The notes beneath the pieces were generated by a model. It worked only from the letters and a program-made list of their open reading frames with translations. It was not told the origin of the DNA and searched no databases. DNA of 64,000 nucleotides from Candidatus Latescibacterota bacterium (GTDB lineage: Bacteria; Latescibacterota; UBA2968; UBA8231). The DNA lies in assembly GCA_965221775.1 (NCBI GenBank), contig CBDCSU010000005.1, forward strand, positions 32,001-96,000. Reading direction: 5' to 3'. How positions within the stretch are numbered: position 1 is the first letter of the stretch; each line of letters opens with the position of its first letter. Shown in pieces: positions 40,329 through 49,029 of this stretch. Both the position numbers and the translations under genes were made by a program.

Positions 40329-40970
40329 CTACCGCTTGCCGCGCCAGCCTCTACCGCCGCCGTAGAACGCCTCGTCCTTCATCGTTTCGAGCTTGTCGCG
40401 CTGCTCGTCGGTGAGAACTCCCTCCAGCGCCTTGCGGTGATCCTGGCGAGTCTCGCGCATCTCCGTGCGGTGCTCGGTGCGCAGTTCCCCGAGCCGTTGC
40501 TTCTGCTCGTCGGTCAGGTCCAGCCTTGAGAACGGGGACTTGCCTCCGCGCGGAGCGTCGTGCCAACCCCTGGCACCGCGTCGCATGTCCCACCGATCCT
40601 TGCCCTTGTCGCCGCGCCGCATGTCCCAGCGATCCCGGCCCATGCCGCCGCGCCGGTCGAGGAACCGGCCGCGCATCTCCTTCAGGGTCTCCTGCTGCTC
40701 CTCGGTGAGGATCCCCATCACGGCCTCGCGCTGCTCTCTGCCCATGGCAACCATGGACTCGCGCTGCTCGCGCCGGGCCTTCTGGTGCTTCGCGCGCATC
40801 TCCTGCAGTTGCTCCTGCTGCTCGTCGGTCAGGTCCAGACGCTCCAGGATCCGGGCCCTGAGCGGCCCGTGCTCCCCCATCCTCTTCTCTCCACGCTCGG
40901 CCACGGCCACGGTGGCCGCCGCGCCGAGGGTTAGTGCGATTCCGCCGGCGATGATCCATCTCTTCTTCAT
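40329..40970 (-). CDS. Spy/CpxP family periplasmic chaperone (LTXXQ repeats)
   Basis: Signal peptide and four LTDEQ/LTEEQ motifs. Confidence 0.85.
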   Translation of the reverse strand: MKKRWIIAGGIALTLGAAATVAVAERGEKRMGEHGPLRARILERLDLTDEQQEQLQEMRAKHQKARREQRESMVAMGREQREAVMGILTEEQQETLKEMRGRFLDRRGGMGRDRWDMRRGDKGKDRWDMRRGARGWHDAPRGGKSPFSRLDLTDEQKQRLGELRTEHRTEMRETRQDHRKALEGVLTDEQRDKLETMKDEAFYGGGRGWRGKR

Positions 40971-41041
40971 GCTGCGCTCTCCGTGTTGGAGTGGTCGATG
41001 GGCTCTCTGCTCTCGCCCATTTGACCACCCCATCGATCGTT

Positions 41042-42544
41042 TCATTCCGCCGCCGGCTCCCCGAACCAGAAGGAGAACAGCTCCGCCTGCCACAGGTGGA
41101 AGCGGACCTGAAGGCTGCGGCCCCGCAGCGCCGACAGATCGGAGCCGCCCTCCCACGACAGGACCTCGTCGATGCGGTCCGCCATCATCGGCCGGCAATC
41201 CCCGCGCGCGAACCCGTCGATGGGCTCGGCAGTGCCGGGGTCGAGGAGCTCCGCCTGCACGCGCCCGCGCCAGGCGTCGGCGTTGACGTGGAGCGCCGCC
41301 CCGTCGACCTCCATGGGCCTCGAGGTGACCGAGCCCCACTCGACGCCGCCCTTGAGGCCGACGAAGCCGTCGATCCGCATCCGCGCCAGGCAGACGGCCG
41401 AGGCGTCGAGGGTCCCGCGGTGGGCCTCGTCGTGGAAGCTGAGGCTGCGGTGGCGCAGGCCCGTGTAGTAGAACCACAGCTCGTCGTTGCGCCGCACGGG
41501 GCCGTTGGTCACCACCACCTGCCCCGTGTCATACGCCGACCCGTCTCCCACCGGCGACAGCTCCATGAAGGGGGCGCGGCCGGCTACCCGCTGCCATTGC
41601 CTGAGGTCGCGGCTGCAGGCCAGCTCCACCGTCTTGCGGCTGTCCACGTTCTCGTATCCCGGCGGGTGCTTGCCGATCCAGTGGTGCATGACCGGCAGCG
41701 CCAGGTAGAGCCCCTCGTAGGGGAAGAGGGGGAAGTTGTACACGTCGGTGCGCCACTCCTCGGGGCGGTTGAAGACCGGCGCCAGGTACGCGGGATCGTC
41801 GAGGAACCGGCGCACGCGCGCGAAGCCGTTCTCCTGGTCCTGCTGGTCGGCGTGGAAGATCAGCTCCGGCTCGGTCCAGGTGTCGAAGTCGCGGCTCGTG
41901 GACAGGGCGAAGGAGCGCCCGTACGGACCGTGCCGCTTGGGGGTGGCGATGAACAGGCCGCGGGCGGCGTCGTGGGTGAGGTGGGCCTCGTCGAAGCTGG
42001 GCACGGCGGCGCCCTCGAGGTCGCGCCAGTGGATGCCGTCGGCGGAGACGGAGGCCTGCAGGGAGCGGGCGTCGTTGCGCATGCCCTTGAACCGCCGCCC
42101 GGGGTCCGGGTCGGCGGCGTCGTGGATCGGCCCCTGGAGCATCCCCTTCGCCGTGGGCAGGATGTTGTTGGCGGTGCCCAGGGGGCGGCCGGCCCAGTCG
42201 CGGCCGCCGTACTCGAACAACCCCAGGTCCGGCTTCTCCCAGTTGACGCCGTCCTCGGAGAAGGCGCAGCAGGCGAAGCTCTCCCCTCCCTGCGGCGCCC
42301 AGGGCGAGCGCGGTTCCGGCGAGTCGGCATCGGGGGCCTCGGCGGCGGCCTGGTAGATCAGGTGGAAGCGCCGCGCCTTCGGGTCCCACGCCGGCGTGGT
42401 GCGGATCTGGATGGCGCAGTTGTCCCAGCGCCGGTCCGGCCGCAGCACGGCGTTGCCGTGGAACTTGCGCGGCGGGTGCAGGACGCGGGCCAGGTTGTCG
42501 ATGCGGTCGACGTCGCCGTCGTCGATGAAGAGTCTTCGGGTCAT
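41042..42544 (-). CDS. Hypothetical beta-propeller glycoside hydrolase-like protein (GH32/43/130 clan-like)
   Basis: RLFIDD, SEDGVNWEKP, SADGIHW, SRDFDTW, SRDLRQW Asp-box repeats, R.DGF. Confidence 0.7.
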   Translation of the reverse strand: MTRRLFIDDGDVDRIDNLARVLHPPRKFHGNAVLRPDRRWDNCAIQIRTTPAWDPKARRFHLIYQAAAEAPDADSPEPRSPWAPQGGESFACCAFSEDGVNWEKPDLGLFEYGGRDWAGRPLGTANNILPTAKGMLQGPIHDAADPDPGRRFKGMRNDARSLQASVSADGIHWRDLEGAAVPSFDEAHLTHDAARGLFIATPKRHGPYGRSFALSTSRDFDTWTEPELIFHADQQDQENGFARVRRFLDDPAYLAPVFNRPEEWRTDVYNFPLFPYEGLYLALPVMHHWIGKHPPGYENVDSRKTVELACSRDLRQWQRVAGRAPFMELSPVGDGSAYDTGQVVVTNGPVRRNDELWFYYTGLRHRSLSFHDEAHRGTLDASAVCLARMRIDGFVGLKGGVEWGSVTSRPMEVDGAALHVNADAWRGRVQAELLDPGTAEPIDGFARGDCRPMMADRIDEVLSWEGGSDLSALRGRSLQVRFHLWQAELFSFWFGEPAAE

Positions 42545-43161
42545 GGGTCCCGTGCCTCCGTTACGCCGATCATGCTGTCGCGGGTAACCAGCGCCGCCAG
42601 CGCCTCCTCGGACAGGCCCTCGGCGCCGGGCGGGCGTCGCGGCAGCACGAGGTAGCGCAGGTCGGCGGTGCTGTCGATGACGCGCACCTGCACGCTCTCG
42701 CCGAGGTCGAGTCCGAACTCGCGCATCACGGCGCGCGGCTCGGCGACGGCCCGCCGTCTGTAGGGAGCGCTCTTGTACCAGTCGGGGGGCGGCCCCAGCA
42801 GGGCGGTGGGGTAGCAGGAGCACAGGGTGCAGACCACGAGGTGATGGACGCTCTCCGTGTTCTCCACCACGGCCAGCTCGGCGTCGCGGGTGAGGCTCAG
42901 GCCCAGCTCGCCCACGGCGGACCGGGCGTCGGTGAGCAGGCGCGACTTGAACTCCGGATCGACCCAGGCCCGGGCCACGACCCGGGATCCGTCCGAGAGG
43001 GAGCGGGACTGGATGCGGCGGGCCTGCTCCTCCACCTCTCCAGCCGCGATCACCTCCTTGTCGACGAGCAACTCGTGGATGGCCAGGGCGCGCCGGGCCC
43101 TGGGGCCCAGATCCTCGTCGGGCCGGACTCCCTTGTGCGGCTCGTGATGGCCGGGGCTCAT
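42541..43161 (-). CDS. Cobalt nitrile hydratase alpha / thiocyanate hydrolase gamma subunit
   Basis: VVARAWVDPEFK, HLVVCTLCSCYP (Co-type CTLCSC), PPDWYKS, LVTRDSMIG. Confidence 0.93.
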   Translation of the reverse strand: MSPGHHEPHKGVRPDEDLGPRARRALAIHELLVDKEVIAAGEVEEQARRIQSRSLSDGSRVVARAWVDPEFKSRLLTDARSAVGELGLSLTRDAELAVVENTESVHHLVVCTLCSCYPTALLGPPPDWYKSAPYRRRAVAEPRAVMREFGLDLGESVQVRVIDSTADLRYLVLPRRPPGAEGLSEEALAALVTRDSMIGVTEARDP

Positions 43162-43517
43162 GTCGCCTCCTCCTTGCTGTCGATGATCCGTGGCGGGCGC
43201 TCGTATCCGGCGGCCGCCTCCAGCCACTGCTCGTACAGGTCCATGAGCAGCAGGTCTGCCCGCCCCTCCCGGCAGCGCTCCGCCCAGACCTCCGCCTGGC
43301 GGAACTCCACCTGGTACAACAACCGCCGGGGCTCGCCGGTGCCGCCGTGGGCCCGGCTCTCCGGGTCGAGGAAGGGGCCGCTCACGGCGCGGACCCGGCC
43401 GCGCTTCCCCTTGATGAAGGCGGGCGTGCGGTGGTGGTGGTCCACCGTTTCGGTCCGCACGACGACGCAGTCGCCGGCGCGGAAGCGGCCCGGGCGGGCG
43501 CAGAAGACTACCCCCAT
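43158..43517 (-). CDS. SH3-like NHase beta C-terminal half / thiocyanate hydrolase alpha-like subunit
   Basis: RFRAGD.V.V...HHRTP.FIKGKRG...LYQVEF...W...DLYEQWLE. Confidence 0.85.
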   Translation of the reverse strand: MGVVFCARPGRFRAGDCVVVRTETVDHHHRTPAFIKGKRGRVRAVSGPFLDPESRAHGGTGEPRRLLYQVEFRQAEVWAERCREGRADLLLMDLYEQWLEAAAGYERPPRIIDSKEEAT

Positions 43518-43810
43518 CGCGCCTTCACCTCGGCGGCGCGGGCGTCGATCTCGGCGGGGGTGAGGACGCCCTTCTCCACCAGCAGGGTCTCGAGGGAGGC
43601 CGCCCAGCGCTCGTAATAGCCGCAGGCCTCGTACTCCTCCGGGGCCATGGCCTCGATGCCGCGGCGCAGCTCGTCGACGTTGATCACGCCGCGATGGCGC
43701 AGCACCCCCACCAGGGCGTTGGTCAGGCGCTCCCAGTCGGCCAGCTCGTGGTCGGACCGGTCGATGCGCTCCTCGCTCGGTTGTCCGCCCATGTCGTGAA
43801 CCCCTGCCAT
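43508..43810 (-). CDS. NHase beta N-terminal half / thiocyanate hydrolase beta-like subunit
   Basis: MAGVHDMGG, WERL, VDELRRGIE, YYERW, LLVEKGVL. Confidence 0.88.
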   Translation of the reverse strand: MAGVHDMGGQPSEERIDRSDHELADWERLTNALVGVLRHRGVINVDELRRGIEAMAPEEYEACGYYERWAASLETLLVEKGVLTPAEIDARAAEVKARWG

Positions 43811-43974
43811 GGAGTGCGAATAAATGGGCGCCCCCAGTCGGGTCAACCGGCTTCGGTCAAGGACGGACTCGTCCCGGGCGCGGCGCGGCGAGCGGTTTGA
43901 GCAGGAACGGCAGGTCCCCTTTCTTCGGGCGCGCCTCCAAGACGGCTCGAGATCCGCAAACGAAGGAGCATGCC

Positions 43975-44763
43975 ATGCCCGATCCACACTCGCTGAAGGG
44001 GAAGAAGGCCCTCGTCACCGGCGGCAAGCGCCGCATCGGCCGGGGGATCGTCCTGGCCCTGGCCGAGGCCGGCTGCGACGTGGGCGTCAACGACCTGGAG
44101 CTGGACGCCGACGGCGAGGAGACCCTGCGCCTCGCCCGCGCCCGCGGCCGCCAGGCCGAGTTCTTCGCCGCCGACATCTCCGACAGTGCCCAGGTGGAGG
44201 CGATGTTCACCGCCTTCCTGGACCGCTTCGGCCGCATCGACATCCTGGCGAACAACCCCTTCGGCGGCACCGGCCAGCCCTTCCTGGAGCTCACCGAGGA
44301 GAACTGGGACGCCAACCTCGACATCGGCCTGAAGGGGTTCTACCTGTGCAGCCAGCAGGCGGCGAGGGCGATGGTGAAGCAGGGGGACGGGGGGTGCATC
44401 GTGAGCACCTCCTCCGTGCACGCGCAGCGCGCCTGGAAGGCGGACACCGCCTACGGCACGGCGAAGGCGGGCATCCTGCGCCTCACCCAGAGCATGGCCG
44501 TCGACCTCGGCGAGCACGGCATCCGCTGCAACGCCATCATGCCCGGGTACATGGACACGGACCACGTCATCGGCACGCCGCCGCCGGAGCGCGGCAGCAT
44601 CCGCGAGGAACTGTTCGACGGCGTGCCCCTGCGCCGGCCCGGCACGCCGGAGGACATCGGCCGCGCCGCGGCCTTCCTGTGCTCGCCGGCGGCGGGCTGC
44701 ATCACGGGGGTCTCCCTCCAGGTCGACGGCGGGCTGCTGGCGGCCTCGCCGGGGGTGCCGTGA
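43975..44763 (+). CDS. SDR family oxidoreductase
   Basis: ALVTGGKRRIG, YGTAK (YxxxK), NAIMPG, VDGG. Confidence 0.92.
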   Translation: MPDPHSLKGKKALVTGGKRRIGRGIVLALAEAGCDVGVNDLELDADGEETLRLARARGRQAEFFAADISDSAQVEAMFTAFLDRFGRIDILANNPFGGTGQPFLELTEENWDANLDIGLKGFYLCSQQAARAMVKQGDGGCIVSTSSVHAQRAWKADTAYGTAKAGILRLTQSMAVDLGEHGIRCNAIMPGYMDTDHVIGTPPPERGSIREELFDGVPLRRPGTPEDIGRAAAFLCSPAAGCITGVSLQVDGGLLAASPGVP

Positions 44764-45863
44764 TGGCAGAGAAGTACCGAGTCGGCATCATCGGCTGCGG
44801 CAGCATCGCCCACTACCACGTGCGCGGCTGGGACGGGGTGGACCGGGTCGAAGTGGTGGCCCTGGCCGACCCGGTGGCGGAGGCGCGGGAGGAGTTCGGC
44901 GAGCGCCACGGGATCGCCCAGCGCTACGAGGACTTCCGCCGAATGCTCGACGACGAGGCCCTCGACATCGTCTCGGTCTGCACCTGGCACAAGCTGCACG
45001 CGCCGATGACGATTGCCGCCTGCGCGCGCAAGCCCAAGGCGGTGCTGTGCGAAAAGCCCATGGCGACCAGTCTGGGCGAGTGCGACGACATGCTGATCGC
45101 CGCCCGCCGCAACCGCGTCAAGCTGGCCATCGCCCATCAGCGCCGCTTCAATCCGGCGTGGACCCTGGCCAGGGAGTTGGTGGCGGAAGGGGCCATCGGC
45201 GAGGTGCGGCAGGTCAACGCGCGCGGTGGACAGGGCCTCCTCAACGACTGCTCGCACCTGTTGGACATGATGCGCTACGTGATGGGCGATCCCCGGGCGG
45301 TGTGGGTCATGGGCAACATCGAGCGCAAGACCGAGCGCTTCGAGCGCGGCGTCCCCATCGAGGATCGCAGTCTGTGCGTGGTGCAGTTCGACAACGGGGC
45401 CATCGGCCAGATCCTGCAGGAGCTGGCCGGTCCGAACTACCAGGGCGGCGTCTTCTACGGCTCGGAGGGCATCATCGAGCTCGACGAGAGCAAGGTGCGG
45501 CTCCTCAACAGCCGGACGGGCACCTGGGAGGAGCATCCGGGCGAGGGCGAGGACCCCAGCGTCGGGCAGCAGCGCGAGATCGTGGAGTGGATCGAAGACA
45601 AGGTCGAGCACCGCGGCCAGGCGGAGAACGGCCGCGCGGCGGTGGAGATCATCATGGCCACGTACGAGTCGGCGCGCCTGCACGAGGTGACGGCGCTCCC
45701 GTTGCGGACGATGGCCTCGCCCCTGGAGGTGATGATCGAGGCGGGGGATCTGCCGGTGGAGCGGCCGGGCCGCTACGACATCCGCGCCTTCCTGCTGCGC
45801 GGCGAGGAGATGGAGCCCGAGGGACCGAGCGGCGGTTCAGAAGGCCAAGGTGGCGGCGGCTGA
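44763..45863 (+). CDS. Gfo/Idh/MocA family oxidoreductase
   Basis: GIIGCGSIA, CEKPMA, HQRRF, DCSHLLD. Confidence 0.93.
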   Translation: MAEKYRVGIIGCGSIAHYHVRGWDGVDRVEVVALADPVAEAREEFGERHGIAQRYEDFRRMLDDEALDIVSVCTWHKLHAPMTIAACARKPKAVLCEKPMATSLGECDDMLIAARRNRVKLAIAHQRRFNPAWTLARELVAEGAIGEVRQVNARGGQGLLNDCSHLLDMMRYVMGDPRAVWVMGNIERKTERFERGVPIEDRSLCVVQFDNGAIGQILQELAGPNYQGGVFYGSEGIIELDESKVRLLNSRTGTWEEHPGEGEDPSVGQQREIVEWIEDKVEHRGQAENGRAAVEIIMATYESARLHEVTALPLRTMASPLEVMIEAGDLPVERPGRYDIRAFLLRGEEMEPEGPSGGSEGQGGGG

Positions 45864-45883
45864 GAACCCCCTTCTCGGTACGA

Positions 45884-47050
45884 CTACGCCGCCGGTTCCA
45901 GGCGAACGTCGCCCGTGTGATACGCGCGCAACGTGCGCTCGCCATCCGGTTCTCGGCAGAAGACGATAGACTGTCGCCGTGACTCGTCCGTGACGGCCTC
46001 AGATGCTTCAATCCACCGCTTGATGCGCGCCTGGACCGAGTTGAAGTCCCTGCGAATGGCCCGGACGTTCCACACGGTCGTGGCCAGTTCTCCACCAAGA
46101 GGGCGACGCAAGCCACGCGGAAGGTGGGTCCACAGTGACTTGCCCAAGGCTCCCTTGAGCTTCCTGTGGTAGGCCCCAACGTGGTCGTTGTCGAGAACCT
46201 GCCGGAAGTCCTCGCCGTAGCGTTCGATCTTCTGCCGGAGCCGTGACTGGCGGGACTCAACAACATCAGGATCGTCTTGGAGCGCAAGGTACAACTGGAG
46301 CACGTCGATCTGAATGTCGTAGACACTTGCCAAGAAGAACCGATTGAGATCCGACAGCGCCTCCTTGGCTTGCTCCTCGGAAAGCACCTCACCAGTCACC
46401 ATGAGTCCGTACTTGGAACGCAGAAGGCTCACATCGCGGTCGACCCCTGACAGCTTGGCCGGCACGTCGCTGGCGAATCGCCGGCAGCGTTCGAATTCGG
46501 ATCGGATCTCGTCGATTTGTTCCGCCGCGGTCTCGAACCGGGCGTAATCTTCAGCGTCCAGGAGGCGGCGTACGCGTTCCACCACTTCGAAGAGTCGGCC
46601 GAGAGTCCTCTGCGCCCGGTCGAGGCGTGCGCACATCATCACGGACGAAACGGTCGTGAAGAGCATCAATGGAGCCACGACCGGTATAAGGGCACTGCTA
46701 GCGGCAACGAACGGCGCTTGTGCGACGATCCCCGTCGGGCCCATGACGGCTGAACCGACCCCTGTACCGATGGTCATCAACGTCCCAGGATTGGCCGTCG
46801 CCAGGAACACGTTACCGGCGAGCAGGGACGATGTAGCCGTGCTCCCGGCGCCGAGCATCGGTAGCAGCCAAGCGCTCTCGATGACTCCGCCGGTCTCGAA
46901 CGGGCGATCCGTAGGCCAGGATGCTCTCAATGACTCACTGGCCTCCTGACCCAGGTCGACCAAGGCAATCGACTGTCCCTCGTGCGTCAGGATCTGTCCC
47001 ACTGGATCGCACGCCTTCCGCCAAGTCTCCAGTGTTCTGCGGCTCTGCAT
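45884..47050 (-). CDS. Hypothetical protein (hydrophobic Gly/Ala/Ser-rich N-half plus helical C-half), atypical codon usage
   Basis: 388-aa ORF with a GGAG RBS; many A/T-ending codons compared with neighbours. Confidence 0.7.
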   Translation of the reverse strand: MQSRRTLETWRKACDPVGQILTHEGQSIALVDLGQEASESLRASWPTDRPFETGGVIESAWLLPMLGAGSTATSSLLAGNVFLATANPGTLMTIGTGVGSAVMGPTGIVAQAPFVAASSALIPVVAPLMLFTTVSSVMMCARLDRAQRTLGRLFEVVERVRRLLDAEDYARFETAAEQIDEIRSEFERCRRFASDVPAKLSGVDRDVSLLRSKYGLMVTGEVLSEEQAKEALSDLNRFFLASVYDIQIDVLQLYLALQDDPDVVESRQSRLRQKIERYGEDFRQVLDNDHVGAYHRKLKGALGKSLWTHLPRGLRRPLGGELATTVWNVRAIRRDFNSVQARIKRWIEASEAVTDESRRQSIVFCREPDGERTLRAYHTGDVRLEPAA

Positions 47051-47319
47051 GGTCGTAGTCTCCACGCGTAAACCTCGCGCGGTCGAACCAACCGGGCAAG
47101 GGGTTCAGCCGCAGGGGTGGGCATGGTCGCCACCTACCGGCTATCAGGCTTCGGGGCTGATCCTGTCCAGTGACCCTTCCGGCCCATTCGGCCGAATGTG
47201 GCGTTTGGGGAGTGGCCGTATTCTGCTCAGAGCCTGGGTGGAGTACGGGGTACCGCCGCGCGCTCCGGCGGGGTGGGAGAGACAGAGTAGCGGGTGGGCA
47301 CCCGCTCGGAACGTGGGGG

Positions 47320-48075
47320 TCAGGGCCCGTGGGCACGGTTTCGCGGCGACCGGGACCGGATCATGCAACCCGATGCTGGGCATCGACGAGCAAGCCCTCG
47401 TGGACGAGGGCACAGTCGACCGTGTCGGTGTCCCACATGTCCTTCCAGGGTGGCGGTGTGGAGACCGCCGTCGACCGACCACAGCCTGGCCGTGCCGTCG
47501 GCGCTGCCGCTGGCCAGCGTCCTCCCGTCCGGCGAGAAGGCCACGGAGACCACATCCCACCGGTGGCCCGCGAGGGTGGCTTCGTGGCGGGCGGTCGCCA
47601 CGTCCCACAGCCGGATGCGCTTGTCCTCGCCCCCGGTGGTGGCCAGGGTGGCCCCGTCCGCCGAGAAAGCCATGGCGAGGACCTTGCCCCTGTGCCTCTC
47701 GGGAGTGTCCTTGTAGCTGCCGCTCGCCACGTCCCACAACCGCACCCGACCGTCGCTGCCGCCGCCCGCCAGGATGGAGCCGTCCGGGGAGAACGCCAGG
47801 CTCCTGCGGATACCGTCCGCGGCACCTCCCAGCCGGGCGATTTCCTCGCCCGTGTGCCCGTCCCGGAGCCAGAGGCCGTACTGGCTGGTCACGGCCAGCC
47901 GTGTGCCGTCGGCCGAGAGGGCCGCCTTGCCCCATACCTCTCCCCTGCCAAGGCGGGCGATGCTGCCTTCGGGCAGCGGCACCATTTCGCCGCCGGCGAT
48001 TCCGTCCCGCGCCAGCAGGAGACAGAGGCCGACGAGGGCAACGGTGAACGGCGGATCTGGCGTTGGTCGACGCAT
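47320..48075 (-). pseudogene. Truncated secreted WD40-repeat protein
   Basis: LPEGSIARLGRG; three clear WD40 repeats (AFSPDG..LA.G..D..VRLWD) plus a degenerate one; similarity breaks after ATLEGH at ~47440. Confidence 0.65.
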
Positions 48076-48120
48076 GGGCTGGCCACCCTCCCGGGAGTTG
48101 GTCCGGCCTTCCCCGGCGGG

Positions 48121-49029
48121 TCAGAACCGCAGCGCGGAGGCCGCCGAGAATCCCCTTCCGGGAGTTGGCGACAGACCGAAGGTCAGGCGGCGGTCTTCAG
48201 GAGAGTTGCGGAACCGCTCGGAAGCAAGCGTGGCGAATACCGCCGGAGTCCCGAATAGCGCCGCCGAGTACAGCTCCCAGTAATCCCCTGGATCCCCGTC
48301 GCTCAGCGTGAAATAGCCAACCAGCGCACCACAGATCCCGACCAGCCCCGCAACACTGCCACCCAGGGCAGGCACATACCGGGCCCTTGGGTCCGACGTG
48401 CTCACGCCGGCCGCGGTCCCGAGGGCAAGCCCCGCCAGCCCGAACAGGACGGCAGACTCCGGTACACAGAGTGGCTCCTCACTCCCGGAGCACTGGCCGG
48501 CCCCGAGAATGCCACCCATTGAAAACCCTGCGTACGCCCCGAAGACTCCTCCCAAGACACCCACACCCAGCTTCCGGAAGATTCGTGCGCCCTCGTCCTC
48601 CCTTCTTGCCACCTCGAAGCGGAGGTGTCCCGGCGGGGGTCTGCCCTTCCCGGCCCACGGATTGTTGATCGCCGAATGCCCGGAAGGCGCCCCCTTCATG
48701 ACCACCCTCTGAATTCGGTCCAGGGAGATCCGCTCCTGCCGCAGATCCCCTTCCCGCGCCAGAACCAGCTTCGACCCATCGACAGCCTGCACGTAGCCCG
48801 CCAACGTGTCCACCCGCGCCCACTTCCCCGAGACCGGATGCCGCTCCCCCCGCCCATGGACCACCACCACCCGGGCGCCCGCCGCCACCGTGCGGCTGTC
48901 GATCTCTCCCGCTTCCAGCACCACCTCCGCTTCTGGCGCTCCGACCTCTGCGTACGCGGACGCAGCGCACCCGGGACTCACCACCGAGAGCACGAGGATC
49001 AGCCCTCGAACGATCCGGGTCCTACCCAC
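48121..49029 (-). CDS. Hypothetical secreted/membrane protein with Gly-zipper-like helices
   Basis: Signal peptide, Gly-rich hydrophobic C-half, C-terminal ALRF. Confidence 0.65.
   Translation of the reverse strand: MGRTRIVRGLILVLSVVSPGCAASAYAEVGAPEAEVVLEAGEIDSRTVAAGARVVVVHGRGERHPVSGKWARVDTLAGYVQAVDGSKLVLAREGDLRQERISLDRIQRVVMKGAPSGHSAINNPWAGKGRPPPGHLRFEVARREDEGARIFRKLGVGVLGGVFGAYAGFSMGGILGAGQCSGSEEPLCVPESAVLFGLAGLALGTAAGVSTSDPRARYVPALGGSVAGLVGICGALVGYFTLSDGDPGDYWELYSAALFGTPAVFATLASERFRNSPEDRRLTFGLSPTPGRGFSAASALRF

Noticed and set aside
47328-47345. TGGGCACGGTTTCGC as a sigma54 promoter
   Set aside because: GGCAC-to-GC spacing is off by one and there is no downstream plus-strand gene
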